Of a DNA stretch of 64,000 bases, positions 36,872 to 47,571 are shown piece by piece. Both the position numbers and the translations under genes were made by a program. Numbering within the stretch: the first letter of the stretch is position 1; each line of letters opens with the position of its first letter. The DNA is from an uncultured Pelagibacteraceae bacterium (GTDB lineage Bacteria > Pseudomonadota > Alphaproteobacteria > Pelagibacterales > Pelagibacteraceae): assembly GCA_902589315.1 (NCBI GenBank), contig CACISK010000001.1, positions 133,504-197,503 of the forward strand, written 5' to 3'. The notes beneath the pieces are model-generated. The model worked only from the letters and a program-made list of their open reading frames with translations, was not told the DNA's origin and did no database searches.

Positions 36872-38585
36872 AATAATTTTCAAAATAACCTTAATTTTAT
36901 TTTTTTATAATTTTTCTTTTGCAAATGAACCAATCGATATCTGGAAAATTGAAAAAAAAGACATCATTAACAAAGAAAATTCTACTTCAAATATAAATGC
37001 AAGTAATAATCTAAATACTAATACAACATTATCAGTTCAATCTAGTTCTAAGATAGTGATTAATAAAGAAATTGAGTCATCCACTATTAAATTAGCAGGA
37101 TTATATGACCCTGCACAGAATGGCTTAAAAATCGATATGTGGTCGAACAGTGATGGTGAGTTAATTAAAAGCATATTAAATAAAAATTTAAATAGAAACT
37201 TATCTGAATTTTCAAAAAAAATATTAGATATAGCTTTACTAACAAACTCATATATTCCTACAAATAATATTACTGAAGAGGAATTTTTAGAGTTTAAATT
37301 TAATCATTTAATAAATAAAAAAGATTTTGAATTAATTAAAGAATTTTTAATCAATAATTCTGAAGTTTCTAATAAAAATAAATTGATTAAATTTTATTCA
37401 GAATATTTTCTTTCAAACTCTGAGGTAAAAAAAGCATGTGAGATATTTAGTATTAGTGGTGCTATTACTGATAAGTATTTAAATAATTTTAAAATTTATT
37501 GTTTAATTCTAGAGGATAAAAAAGAACAAGCTCAACTACTTTTCGATTTATCAAAAGAGCTGGATGAGATTGACATTTTTTTTGAAAATAAATTTAATAT
37601 ATTAATGGGTTACGCAAGCAAAGATGAAATAATTTCGGACGAAAATATTTTATATTTTCACTTATCTCATAAAACAAATAATGATTTTAATTATGAGCCA
37701 AAAATGGACTCACCTAGATATATCTGGAGTTATTTGTCGTCATCAAATATTCTTAAAAATTCTAATTCCTTTGATATTGAAAATCCAGAAGATTTAAGAT
37801 TATTAGAAAGAGCAACTCATGAAAATGTATTTGATGAGAGAGAACTACTAGATACGTATAAAAAATTTCAATTTAACATAACACAACTATTAAATGCCAA
37901 AGATGCTTATAAGCTTCTTCCAGATTATGAGGGCAGAGCTTTATTATATCAAAGATTACTTTTATCTGTTGATGTAGAGCAAAAATTAAGTATGGCTTAT
38001 GAATTATATAAATCTTTCCAAAAAAAAAAATTAGATAATGCATTTGATAATGAAATCAAAGTAATTTTAAAAAAAATAAAAAAAGATGACGTTCCCTCAA
38101 ATTTTACTACCTTTTATGAAAATCATACTGACAATAAGTTAAAAAAAGAGAGAAAGATAAAATTTAATAATAAAAAAATACATCAGTCAAAATTATTAAA
38201 TTACTTTTTAAATAAAACTAGCTTGCCTAAAGCTGAAAAGGAAACAAACGATATTTTAAAAAAAATTAAAAGAAACAAAAAATATGTTTTTTCAACAAAA
38301 GATATGATTCTTATTGAATCGCTTAAATCAGATGGCGTAAAAATAGATAAAAAATATGAAAACCTTTATGAATACAACTATCAATTTTCCTCTGATATAA
38401 AACAAATGCTATCGAATGGAGAGTTAGGCTTATTATTAATTAAAATAGTAGATATTATTGGTGAAAGTAATCTTGAAGATCTAGATATAAACACTGTGAA
38501 TTTACTAGTTTCAACTATGAATGAGCTAAAAAATGTAGATTTAAGGAACGAAATTCTAATAGAAGTCTTGCCTTTAAAAGTCTAA
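36846..38585 (+). CDS. Hypothetical exported protein
   Basis: 579-aa ORF with a signal-peptide-like N-terminus and a GLYDPAQNGLKIDMWSNS motif. Confidence 0.75.
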   Translation: MKILKQSSKIIFKITLILFFYNFSFANEPIDIWKIEKKDIINKENSTSNINASNNLNTNTTLSVQSSSKIVINKEIESSTIKLAGLYDPAQNGLKIDMWSNSDGELIKSILNKNLNRNLSEFSKKILDIALLTNSYIPTNNITEEEFLEFKFNHLINKKDFELIKEFLINNSEVSNKNKLIKFYSEYFLSNSEVKKACEIFSISGAITDKYLNNFKIYCLILEDKKEQAQLLFDLSKELDEIDIFFENKFNILMGYASKDEIISDENILYFHLSHKTNNDFNYEPKMDSPRYIWSYLSSSNILKNSNSFDIENPEDLRLLERATHENVFDERELLDTYKKFQFNITQLLNAKDAYKLLPDYEGRALLYQRLLLSVDVEQKLSMAYELYKSFQKKKLDNAFDNEIKVILKKIKKDDVPSNFTTFYENHTDNKLKKERKIKFNNKKIHQSKLLNYFLNKTSLPKAEKETNDILKKIKRNKKYVFSTKDMILIESLKSDGVKIDKKYENLYEYNYQFSSDIKQMLSNGELGLLLIKIVDIIGESNLEDLDINTVNLLVSTMNELKNVDLRNEILIEVLPLKV

Positions 38586-38599
38586 ACAATAAACAAACT

Positions 38600-39121
38600 A
38601 TGTCAGTAAAAGAACTAATTACAGTCCCTGATGATATTCTTAGAAAAAAATCTGAGCCTTTAAATAAAGTTGATGTTAATGAAAAAAAACTCATAAAAGA
38701 TTTATTTGAAACTATGTACCATCACAATGGTATAGGTTTGGCAGCTGTTCAAGTTGGTATTCTTAAAAGAATAGTTGTTTTAGATGTCTCCAAAAATGAA
38801 AATGAAAAAAAACCTTTATGCTTTATTAATCCACAAATAAAAACCTTAAGTGAAAAAATGTCTACATATGAGGAAGGTTGTTTATCAATACCTAATACCT
38901 TTATTGAGATTGAGAGACCAGAAATTTGTACCGTATCTTATATAGATGCAAATGGTGACAAGAAAGAAATGGAATGCGATGGATTACTCTCAACATGTTT
39001 ACAACATGAAATAAATCACCTAGATGGAAAACTAATAATTGATTATTTATCTAAAATCAAAAAAGATTTAATAATAAAAAAATTGTCTAAACAAAAAACT
39101 TCTAATAGAGTTGTCGTTTAA
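38600..39121 (+). CDS. def: Peptide deformylase
   Basis: GIGLAAVQ, EGCLS, QHEINH. Confidence 0.96.
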   Translation: MSVKELITVPDDILRKKSEPLNKVDVNEKKLIKDLFETMYHHNGIGLAAVQVGILKRIVVLDVSKNENEKKPLCFINPQIKTLSEKMSTYEEGCLSIPNTFIEIERPEICTVSYIDANGDKKEMECDGLLSTCLQHEINHLDGKLIIDYLSKIKKDLIIKKLSKQKTSNRVVV

Positions 39122-40036
39122 ATGTCAAATATTGTATTCATGGGCACACCGCAGTTTGCTGTGCCTATACTAAAAAAAATTAATCAAAAATATAAAATTA
39201 ACTGTGTATTTACTCAGCCCCCAAGTGAATCAAATAGAGGTCAAAAGCTTACGAAATCATCAATTCATATATGTGCAGAGGAACTTAATCTAGAAATTAA
39301 AACTCCAAAAAAAATTGATGAAGAATTTGAGTATCTTAAGGAATTAAATTTAGATCTTGTAATTGTTGTTGCATATGGACAAATAATTTCAAAAAAAATT
39401 CTTGATTTGAGTAAAAAAGGTTTTTTGAATATTCATGCTTCATTATTACCAAAATGGAGGGGGGCGGCACCAGTCCAAAGATCGATTTTAAACAATGAAA
39501 CAAAAACTGGTATTTCATTTATGAAAATTGATGAAAAATTAGATTCTGGGCCAGTATGTAATAAATATTCAATAGATATTCTTGACCAGGATAATACAGA
39601 AACTTTATCAGAAAAATTATCTTATTTGAGTACAGAAAAAATTTTAGAAAACGTGCAAAAAGTTTTAGAAGGAGAGGCAATATTTAAAGAGCAAGATCAT
39701 GCAAAAGCTACATATGCAAAGAAAATTCAAAAAATAGAGGGAAAGATAGATTGGAATAATAGTGCTCGTAAAATAATTGCTCAAATAAATGGATTATATC
39801 CAAAACCTGGTGCATGGTTTAAGTTTAACAACAAAAGATATAAGATATTAAAAGCTAAAATAAACAAGCAGTCAGCAACAATCGGTGAAGTAATCGACGA
39901 ACAAATGACAATAGCATGTGGTGAAAATTCAATAAATATTATTGAGATACAAAAAGAAGGCAAGAATCCTCAATTAATTAACGAATTTTTATTAGGGAAT
40001 AAGGTTAGAAAAGGAACAATAATTACAAGTGAATAG
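39122..40036 (+). CDS. fmt: Methionyl-tRNA formyltransferase
   Basis: FMGTPQFA, NIHASLLPKWRGAAP. Confidence 0.96.
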   Translation: MSNIVFMGTPQFAVPILKKINQKYKINCVFTQPPSESNRGQKLTKSSIHICAEELNLEIKTPKKIDEEFEYLKELNLDLVIVVAYGQIISKKILDLSKKGFLNIHASLLPKWRGAAPVQRSILNNETKTGISFMKIDEKLDSGPVCNKYSIDILDQDNTETLSEKLSYLSTEKILENVQKVLEGEAIFKEQDHAKATYAKKIQKIEGKIDWNNSARKIIAQINGLYPKPGAWFKFNNKRYKILKAKINKQSATIGEVIDEQMTIACGENSINIIEIQKEGKNPQLINEFLLGNKVRKGTIITSE

Positions 40037-40769
40037 ATATCAGATTTTAATAGAATACGAAGGCACTTTATACAATGGTTGGCAAATTCAAAAAAAAGGT
40101 AAGTCAATCCAGGAAAATATTGAGATTGTCTTATCTAAACTATTAAATGAAAAAATAAAAATTTACGGGTCTGGACGAACAGACACAGGAGTTCATGCTA
40201 AAGAGCAATCAGCACACTTTGATACTACAAACAAAATTATTCAAAAAGATAAATTATTGAATTCACTGAACTTCTTTTTAAATAAAAAAAAAATATCTAT
40301 TTTAAAAATAAAAAGAAAAAATAAACTTTTTCATTCAAGATATTCTGCAAAAGAAAGACGGTATACATACTTAATTAGAAATGATGCCTCTCCTTCTGTT
40401 ATTAATTTTAACAGAGAGTGGCATATTAAAAAAAAAATTGATGTTGAATTGATGAAAAAGGGAGCCAAAAAGTTAATCGGGACTCATGATTTTTCAACTT
40501 TTAGAGCATCTAATTGTAGTGCAAAAAGTCCGGTAAGAACCATGAAAAAAGTAAAAATAACAAAAGTTAAAAATGTTATAAAAATTCAATTTGTGTCAAA
40601 ATCATTTCTTAAGAGTCAAGTTAGATCCATTGTTGGTTCACTCAAATACCTTGGTGAAAATAAATGGAACTTAAAAAAATTTACCAGTATATTTAGATCA
40701 AAATCTAGAAAAAATTGTGCTCCTATCGCTCCTGCACATGGCTTATATCTTGAGAAAATTATTTATTAG
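40029..40769 (+). CDS. truA: tRNA pseudouridine synthase A
   Basis: GSGRTDTGVHA, GTHDFSTF, APAHGLYL. Confidence 0.95.
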   Translation: MNRYQILIEYEGTLYNGWQIQKKGKSIQENIEIVLSKLLNEKIKIYGSGRTDTGVHAKEQSAHFDTTNKIIQKDKLLNSLNFFLNKKKISILKIKRKNKLFHSRYSAKERRYTYLIRNDASPSVINFNREWHIKKKIDVELMKKGAKKLIGTHDFSTFRASNCSAKSPVRTMKKVKITKVKNVIKIQFVSKSFLKSQVRSIVGSLKYLGENKWNLKKFTSIFRSKSRKNCAPIAPAHGLYLEKIIY

Positions 40770-41220
40770 ATTTCTTTTTTTCCTTTTTTATTCTCCATCT
40801 TGATCCTTCTCTAACTATATAACCACAACAATTTTTGGAGCCACACTTACAAGGAAAATCCTTATAGTTTTCATCAAAACTAAACCCATAATCATAAGTT
40901 AGTTCCTCATTTTTATTTATATCTTTAATAGAACTAATCCATAATTTTAAACCTTTGCCTTCAACTTCGCAGTTTGGATCACAAGAGTGATTAATAAGTC
41001 TTGCAGTATTGTAAGCAAAATCACCGTCTAAATCATATCTATTATTTAAGTTAAAAAGATAAATCGCTTTATCATTATCAAATTTTGGATTATTTTCGGT
41101 CTGTTTTTTTGTAATTATTTTACCTGTGTAGTAAATAATCTTAGTTCCTTTTTTTATATTTTTAGATGCAAACAGTCCCCTGTTATCAATATTTGATGAT
41201 TTTTGTTTGTATAGTTTCAT
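40759..41220 (-). CDS. SET-domain protein-lysine methyltransferase with post-SET cysteines
   Basis: RGLFA, ARLINHSCDPNC, EELTYDY, CKCGSKNC. Confidence 0.92.
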   Translation of the reverse strand: MKLYKQKSSNIDNRGLFASKNIKKGTKIIYYTGKIITKKQTENNPKFDNDKAIYLFNLNNRYDLDGDFAYNTARLINHSCDPNCEVEGKGLKLWISSIKDINKNEELTYDYGFSFDENYKDFPCKCGSKNCCGYIVREGSRWRIKKEKKKSNK

Positions 41221-41222
41221 GA

Positions 41223-42152
41223 TTATTTATTTTCCGCTTCGATTAATGCATTTACATGATAATTAGCGCTTTCAGCAAGTGCTTTCAGGTCGTATCCACC
41301 TTCTAATAAAGATACTACTTTTCCGTTAGTAAATTTATTAGTGGCTTTTAGTGTTCTTCTTGTTATTTCATAAAAATCTTTGGATGAAAGTTCAAATTGA
41401 GCTAATGGATCGTTTTTGTGGGCATCAAAGCCAGCAGAAAAGATTAGGTAATCAGGCTTATATTCAATTAACCTATCTAAAACTCTATCATAAGCATTAA
41501 AATACTCTTCAGAATTTGTGCCTGCAGGAAGAGGTATATTAAGAGAATTATTATACTTACCCTTGTCTTTTTCTGAGCCACCACCTGGATAAAATGGATA
41601 TTGATGTGTTGATATATAAAGTGAATTTTTGTTGTCATACATTACATCATAATTGCCATTTCCCCAATGAACATCAAAATCTACACATGCAATTCTTTTA
41701 TACTTATATTTTTTTATTAAATAATTAACTGCAACACCTGCATTAGAAATACAGCAAAAGCCCATTGATTTATTTTTTTCAGCATGGTGTCCTGGTGGTC
41801 GTACAACACAAAAAGCATTTTTATACTTTTTATTCTCAATTCCATCTATTGCACTTATAGCTGATCCTGCAGCTTGAAATACTGCATCCTTACTTCCAGG
41901 CGATACAACTGTATCACTATCTAAAAAATTTAAGCCACTTTTGGGAAATGAATTATTTAAATTATTAATATAATCTTCAGAATGTGTCATATTAAGAATA
42001 TCATTAGGAACAATATCTGGCTTATCCCAAAGCAGTTCTTTATTTTTTTTTAAAGTATCAATTATTGAAACCACTCTCTTCGGTTGCTCTGGATGACCAT
42101 CGCCTGTTATATGTTTTTCTGAAGATTCAGATGTTATAATTGCGGTTTTCAA
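41223..42152 (-). CDS. Histone deacetylase-family (Zn) amidohydrolase
   Basis: HPEQPKR, RPPGHHA, DFDVHWGNG, SAGFDAH, LEGGY. Confidence 0.92.
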   Translation of the reverse strand: MKTAIITSESSEKHITGDGHPEQPKRVVSIIDTLKKNKELLWDKPDIVPNDILNMTHSEDYINNLNNSFPKSGLNFLDSDTVVSPGSKDAVFQAAGSAISAIDGIENKKYKNAFCVVRPPGHHAEKNKSMGFCCISNAGVAVNYLIKKYKYKRIACVDFDVHWGNGNYDVMYDNKNSLYISTHQYPFYPGGGSEKDKGKYNNSLNIPLPAGTNSEEYFNAYDRVLDRLIEYKPDYLIFSAGFDAHKNDPLAQFELSSKDFYEITRRTLKATNKFTNGKVVSLLEGGYDLKALAESANYHVNALIEAENK

Positions 42153-43291
42153 GAGAAATAATTGTGTAAGATATTCTTATAAATCTTAGTTAACTTTTTT
42201 AAATCTGAGATCGATGTTCTCTCGTTAAGCATATGAATAGTATTATTTCTTAACCCCAGCTCAAGACGTGGTATCGAGCCTAAAAATCTGCTGTCACTTG
42301 TGCCACCTCTACAATTTAATTTTGCATTGTTGCCTGTAACTTTTTTTACAACTTTTTTTACCATATAAATTTCTTTATTTGGAACTGTGTAAAATGCTTC
42401 TCCACTTACTTTATAATCTATTTTTGTTTTGCACTTTTCTTTTTTTGCAACTGCATTAATAATTTTACTAAGTTTTTTTTTCAAAGATGTTGATTTATAA
42501 GTTGAATTAAACCTAACATTAAATTTAGCACTTGCAGATTGTGGGACTACATTTTCAGATATATTATCCACATTCATTTTTGTAAATTCTAAATTTGATG
42601 GTGGCATATACTTTGTTCCTTTGTCTAGCGGAACACTTTTCAGCTTAGATATTATTTTAGCAAGAGCAGTACATGGATTTATATATGTCCCATTAAATGC
42701 AGAGTGTCCACTTTTTCCATACACTGTTACTGTTGCATTCATAGAACCTCTTCTTCCAATCCTGATTTCATCTCCAACTGATTTATTTGATGACGGTTCG
42801 CCTACTATTGAAAAATCAATTTTTTCTTTTTTTTTCTTTAAATATTTCATAACGGCTGGACAACCATGACCCGTAGTTTCTTCATCAGCCGTAATTATTA
42901 TTGATATAGATCCTTTAAATTTTTTATTTTTAATAAAATTACTTACTGCACTTATCCAACATGCTACACTACCTTTCATGTCCTGGGATCCTCTTCCATA
43001 TAAATATCCTTTTTTTATTACTGCTTTAAATGGCGGAAACTCCCAATTGTTGAGGTTAGCAACAACATCTGTGTGACCCAAATAATTAATGTTAGGTTTT
43101 GATTTACCAAATTTTGCATATAAGTTTAATGCAGGTTCAGCGCCTGTACCTTTTGATTTTATTATCTGACATTTAAAACCTAATGAGGAAAGTTTCTTTG
43201 AAAGGAACTTCATAATCCCTTTATCTTCTGTTTTAATAGTTTGAAATTTTATTAGCTCCTGAGCTAACTTTAATTCATTAAAAGTTTTCAT
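42149..43291 (-). CDS. dapE: Succinyl-diaminopimelate desuccinylase
   Basis: GHTDVV, GRGSQDMKG, DEE, GRRGS, GGTSD. Adjacent to dapD. Confidence 0.9.
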   Translation of the reverse strand: MKTFNELKLAQELIKFQTIKTEDKGIMKFLSKKLSSLGFKCQIIKSKGTGAEPALNLYAKFGKSKPNINYLGHTDVVANLNNWEFPPFKAVIKKGYLYGRGSQDMKGSVACWISAVSNFIKNKKFKGSISIIITADEETTGHGCPAVMKYLKKKKEKIDFSIVGEPSSNKSVGDEIRIGRRGSMNATVTVYGKSGHSAFNGTYINPCTALAKIISKLKSVPLDKGTKYMPPSNLEFTKMNVDNISENVVPQSASAKFNVRFNSTYKSTSLKKKLSKIINAVAKKEKCKTKIDYKVSGEAFYTVPNKEIYMVKKVVKKVTGNNAKLNCRGGTSDSRFLGSIPRLELGLRNNTIHMLNERTSISDLKKLTKIYKNILHNYFS

Positions 43292-43295
43292 TAAT

Positions 43296-44123
43296 TTAGT
43301 CTCTTAAAAGATCGTTAACAGATGTCTTTGATCTAGTTTTTTCATCAACTTGTTTAATAATCACTGCACAGCTTAACGAAGGTGCAGATGGATTATTTTT
43401 ATCAGGAAGAGAACCTGGTACAACAACCGAGTATGGAGGTATTTTACCGTAAGTGATTTCACCAGTCGCACGGTTTACTATTTTAGTACTTTGCGTAATC
43501 AGCATCCCCATACTTAATACTGAGCCTTCTCCAACTATAACACCTTCAACAACTTCCGACATAGCGCCAACAAAAACATTATCTTCAATAATTGTTGGTA
43601 ATGCCTGGGCAGGTTCCAACACTCCCCCGATTCCTGAGCCAGCAGAAATATGACAATTTTTTCCAATTTGACAACAACTACCTGCACGACTAAACGTGTC
43701 CATCATGGTTCCAGAGTCGATCCATGCTCCAATATTTACATAGCATGGCATTAAGACTGCATTTTTACCTATGAATGATCCTCTTCTAACAGGAGAATTA
43801 GGAACCATTCTAAATCCTGCTTTTTCGTGATCTTCTTTAGACCAGCCTGCAGTTTTACCTTTTAATAGATGTGCTTTGTCATACCAACTACTGTAGGGGC
43901 CATTTAAATTTTCCATTGGATACATTCTAAAACTTAACATAATTGCTTTTTTTATGTGTTGATGTGTTACCCACTCACCATTGATTTTTTCAGCTACTCT
44001 GACTTTACCACTATCTAAGTCATCAATAATTTGATTAACAGTATTTTTTAAACTCTCATCCGAGTTAGGACTTACTTGGTCTCTATTTTCCCAAGCTTCA
44101 TTGATTATATTTTCTATGCTCAT
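43296..44123 (-). CDS. dapD: Tetrahydrodipicolinate N-succinyltransferase
   Basis: LDSGKVRVAEK, GIGGVLEP, KQVDEKTRSKTSVNDLLR. Confidence 0.95.
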   Translation of the reverse strand: MSIENIINEAWENRDQVSPNSDESLKNTVNQIIDDLDSGKVRVAEKINGEWVTHQHIKKAIMLSFRMYPMENLNGPYSSWYDKAHLLKGKTAGWSKEDHEKAGFRMVPNSPVRRGSFIGKNAVLMPCYVNIGAWIDSGTMMDTFSRAGSCCQIGKNCHISAGSGIGGVLEPAQALPTIIEDNVFVGAMSEVVEGVIVGEGSVLSMGMLITQSTKIVNRATGEITYGKIPPYSVVVPGSLPDKNNPSAPSLSCAVIIKQVDEKTRSKTSVNDLLRD

Positions 44124-44127
44124 AAAT

Positions 44128-44799
44128 TTAAGAACTTTTTAATAACCTTATTTCTTTTAAAAATAAAGAGAGATTTTCAATTTTATAATCGATGTAATCT
44201 TTGTCAGACTCTTTTTTCCCCCAGTATTCATTATTGATAAGCCAAGCTGTTATAGTCCCCCGCTCTTTACCTATTGATAAATTTTTAGCTATATCCTCAA
44301 TATAAAGCGTTTCTTTTGGATTAATCTTAAATTTATCAACCATAAGATCAAAAGCTTTTGCTTCAGGCTTTGGGTGATATTTTGCGTCTACGATATCAAA
44401 TATATCTTTAAATTGGTCTTCTATACCAAGGGTTTTAACTATATTTTTTACATGCGCTCTACTTCCGTTTGTGAATACGAATTTATTTAAATTTATATTT
44501 TCAAGCTCATTTCTTAAAACAAGATCTTTTTCCATAAATGAAAGATCAATATCATGAACATACTCCAAAAATTCTTCCGGTGGTATATCATGATGTATCA
44601 TCAATCCATTTAAACTTGTGTTGTATTTGTGAAAATAATCTCTTTGTAATTCTTTAGCTTTTATAAGATCTAAGTTGAGTTTATTTGAGATATATTTTGT
44701 CATCCTCCTACTAACTTGGCCAAAAACCGCCTCTAAATCATTATATAAAACGCCATCACAGTCGAATAAAATATTTTTTATATTTTTTAGATTATTCAT
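44128..44799 (-). CDS. HAD-family pyrimidine 5'-nucleotidase
   Basis: FDCDGVLY, FTNG, PKP, IEDIAKNL. Confidence 0.85.
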   Translation of the reverse strand: MNNLKNIKNILFDCDGVLYNDLEAVFGQVSRRMTKYISNKLNLDLIKAKELQRDYFHKYNTSLNGLMIHHDIPPEEFLEYVHDIDLSFMEKDLVLRNELENINLNKFVFTNGSRAHVKNIVKTLGIEDQFKDIFDIVDAKYHPKPEAKAFDLMVDKFKINPKETLYIEDIAKNLSIGKERGTITAWLINNEYWGKKESDKDYIDYKIENLSLFLKEIRLLKSS

Positions 44800-45644
44800 T
44801 TTTTTATTAATGTTCCTGCGCCCTTATCAGAAAATAACTCAAATAGTATTGAATGTGGTTTTCTTCCATCAACAATAACAACACCTCTAACACCATTAGA
44901 TATTGCATCTAAACAAGTGTCTATTTTTGGTATCATACCTCCAGATATAATATTATTTTTTAACATCTCTTTGGCCCTATTGAGATTAATTTCAGATATA
45001 AGTTTTTGATTTTCATCAAGAACTCCCTCAACATCTGTCATTAAAAGAAGTCTTCTAGCATCGATCTCCTTTGCGATTGAACCTGCAGCAACATCTGCAT
45101 TAATATTATAAATTCTACCATCATCACCCAATCCTAAAGGGACAACAATTGGAATTTGTTTATTTTTTATAAAATTTAATATTTTCTCTTTGTTAATTTT
45201 TTTTGGTGTCCCGACATATCCCAATTCTTTACTTTCAGGAATAATATTAATTATATTATTTTCTTTAGGTGATATTGAACAAACATTAGTGTTTTTAGAT
45301 TTTAATTCATGTAAAATCTCTAAATTAAGCTCTAGCAAAGCCTCTTCTATATATCTTATTGTTTTTTCGTCTGAAACCCTAAGTCCTTTGATAAATCTTG
45401 TTTCAATATTATTTTCATCTAATTTTTTTTTAATATTTTTTCCTCCACCATGAACTACTATTGCTGATAAACCGATTTTGTTTATCACTGAAATATCCTC
45501 TATGAACTGATTAAATAGTTTTTTATCTAATAAAACAGATCCACCACATTTAATTACTACAACTTCAGACTGATATTTGTTTATATATTTTTCAACTTCA
45601 TTAATATTTGGCCCATCTGTTGGAATAATCTTATCTAATTCCAT
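44796..45644 (-). CDS. argB: Acetylglutamate kinase
   Basis: VIKCGGS, VHGGG, NINAD, GGMIPK. Confidence 0.94.
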   Translation of the reverse strand: MELDKIIPTDGPNINEVEKYINKYQSEVVVIKCGGSVLLDKKLFNQFIEDISVINKIGLSAIVVHGGGKNIKKKLDENNIETRFIKGLRVSDEKTIRYIEEALLELNLEILHELKSKNTNVCSISPKENNIINIIPESKELGYVGTPKKINKEKILNFIKNKQIPIVVPLGLGDDGRIYNINADVAAGSIAKEIDARRLLLMTDVEGVLDENQKLISEINLNRAKEMLKNNIISGGMIPKIDTCLDAISNGVRGVVIVDGRKPHSILFELFSDKGAGTLIKK

Positions 45645-45647
45645 CAA

Positions 45648-47330
45648 CTAAACTGTTTTAACTGAAGTTCTCTTCATAATTACATACTGTTGTGCCATTG
45701 TAAGCACGTTGTTAATTGTCCAATATATAACTAGCCCTGATGGAAAAGGTGCAAGTATAACTGTTAAGAATACAGGAAAAAACATAAAAATCTTTTGCTG
45801 AATTGGATCTGGTGGTGTTGGATTAAGTTTTTGTTGCATCCACATTGTTACACCCATTGCTACTGGCCAAGCGCCTATAATTAAAAATGACGGTACATCA
45901 TAAGGTAACAAACCAAATAGATTAAATAAACTCGTTGGATCTCTTTCACTTAAATCATGTATCCAACCAAAAAAAGGCTGATGTCTCATTTCAATTGTAA
46001 CAAATAACATTTTATAAATTGCAAAAAAGAATGGTATTTGAATTAAAATAGGCAAACATCCGCTTACAGGATTCACTTTCTCTCTTTTGTAAAGAGCCAT
46101 CATTTCTTGCTGTAACTTCATTTTATCTTCCTTATGAAGTTCTTTAAGCCTTACCATTTCGGGTTGAAGAACTTTCATTTTTGCCATTGATCTAAATGAG
46201 TAATTAGCGAGAGGAAAAAATAATATTCTTATACAAGCGGTTATCAGTATAATTGCAATTCCATAGTTACCAGTTAATTTAAAGAAATAATCGGATATCA
46301 AAAATATTGGTTTTGTTAAAAAATACAGGAAACCCCAATCAATTGCTAAATCAAATTTATTAATATTTAGTTTTTCCGCATAACCATCAACAACATCCAC
46401 TTCTTTCGCCGCAATAATCACTTTTACTTGATTAGTTTTACTTTCATTAGCCCTTACTTCTGTGGCAGCAGTCTCTATGAAATTGGCTTTAAATTTATTT
46501 TTATAATCGAAATCTGATCTAAAACTTTTATTATTTTCTGGGATTAAACTTGTTATCCAATATTTATCTGTAATACCCATCCATCCTTTGTTAGCATTTA
46601 CAGAATACTTCTTGTCTTTAATGTCATCGTAATCTTCCTCAACAAGATTATCATCAAAAACACCTAGTAAACCTTCGTGTAATATATAAAAATCAGTTAC
46701 ATCAGGAGCTAGGTTTCTAATAATCTGTCCATATGGATAAAAGTTATAAGTACTTTGAGTATTATTTGTAATTTTTTGATTAACAGTAAATAAAAACTTA
46801 TCATCTATACTTATTTCCTTTTCAAAACTTATATTCTGTTCATTATTCCACACTAATTTAATTGGATTGTTCGGTGTTAATAATTTGTTGCCAACAACTT
46901 CCCACTTTGTATTTGAATTAGGAACTTCAATATCTTTATTATTTATAGCCCAACCTGTCTCTATATAATAACCATTTTCAGACTCTTTTGGATTAAGTAA
47001 AACTACATTTTCATCAGAGTCTAAAGTTTCAGTGTATTTCTTAAAAATTAGGTCATCGATTAATGATCCCTCTAGAGAAATAGAACCTTTAATATTTTCA
47101 TTTTCAAAAAGTATCCTTTCAACTTTGTTAATTGCCTCTGATCTAGAAATTTTATTATTCTCAATATTTTGCTCAATTTTTGGTGCCTCGTTTAGTTGAA
47201 GATTGTTCTTATTTTGATCAATATTAGTTATCTGCTTTGGATCAGGACTTGGCGGAGCAAATACTAGTCCATAGAGAATTATTACTGCTGCACTTAAAGA
47301 GATTGCTGCTATTACGTTTTTTGTGTCCAT
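45648..47330 (-). CDS. yidC: Membrane protein insertase YidC
   Basis: IDWG, NPVSGCLPILIQIPFF, PSGLVIYW. Confidence 0.96.
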   Translation of the reverse strand: MDTKNVIAAISLSAAVIILYGLVFAPPSPDPKQITNIDQNKNNLQLNEAPKIEQNIENNKISRSEAINKVERILFENENIKGSISLEGSLIDDLIFKKYTETLDSDENVVLLNPKESENGYYIETGWAINNKDIEVPNSNTKWEVVGNKLLTPNNPIKLVWNNEQNISFEKEISIDDKFLFTVNQKITNNTQSTYNFYPYGQIIRNLAPDVTDFYILHEGLLGVFDDNLVEEDYDDIKDKKYSVNANKGWMGITDKYWITSLIPENNKSFRSDFDYKNKFKANFIETAATEVRANESKTNQVKVIIAAKEVDVVDGYAEKLNINKFDLAIDWGFLYFLTKPIFLISDYFFKLTGNYGIAIILITACIRILFFPLANYSFRSMAKMKVLQPEMVRLKELHKEDKMKLQQEMMALYKREKVNPVSGCLPILIQIPFFFAIYKMLFVTIEMRHQPFFGWIHDLSERDPTSLFNLFGLLPYDVPSFLIIGAWPVAMGVTMWMQQKLNPTPPDPIQQKIFMFFPVFLTVILAPFPSGLVIYWTINNVLTMAQQYVIMKRTSVKTV

Positions 47331-47569
47331 TATTTAATATTCTTTTTCTTTACTGGATCATATCCATGTCCTCCGCCCAAAAATTTTATAGGATGACAAG
47401 TTAAAATTCTTTTAATGCCTTTGTAACAACCTTTCAAAACACCATATTCATTTAAACTATCAATAAAATACTCTGAACAGGTTGGAAGATATCTACAATT
47501 ATTACCCAGAGCTGGTGAAATGAAATATTTATAAAATTTAATTAAATATATTAATCCTTTTTTAATCAT
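47330..47569 (-). CDS. yidD: Membrane protein insertion efficiency factor YidD
   Basis: CRYLPTCSEY, CHP...GYDPV. Confidence 0.94.
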   Translation of the reverse strand: MIKKGLIYLIKFYKYFISPALGNNCRYLPTCSEYFIDSLNEYGVLKGCYKGIKRILTCHPIKFLGGGHGYDPVKKKNIK

Positions 47570-47571
47570 AA

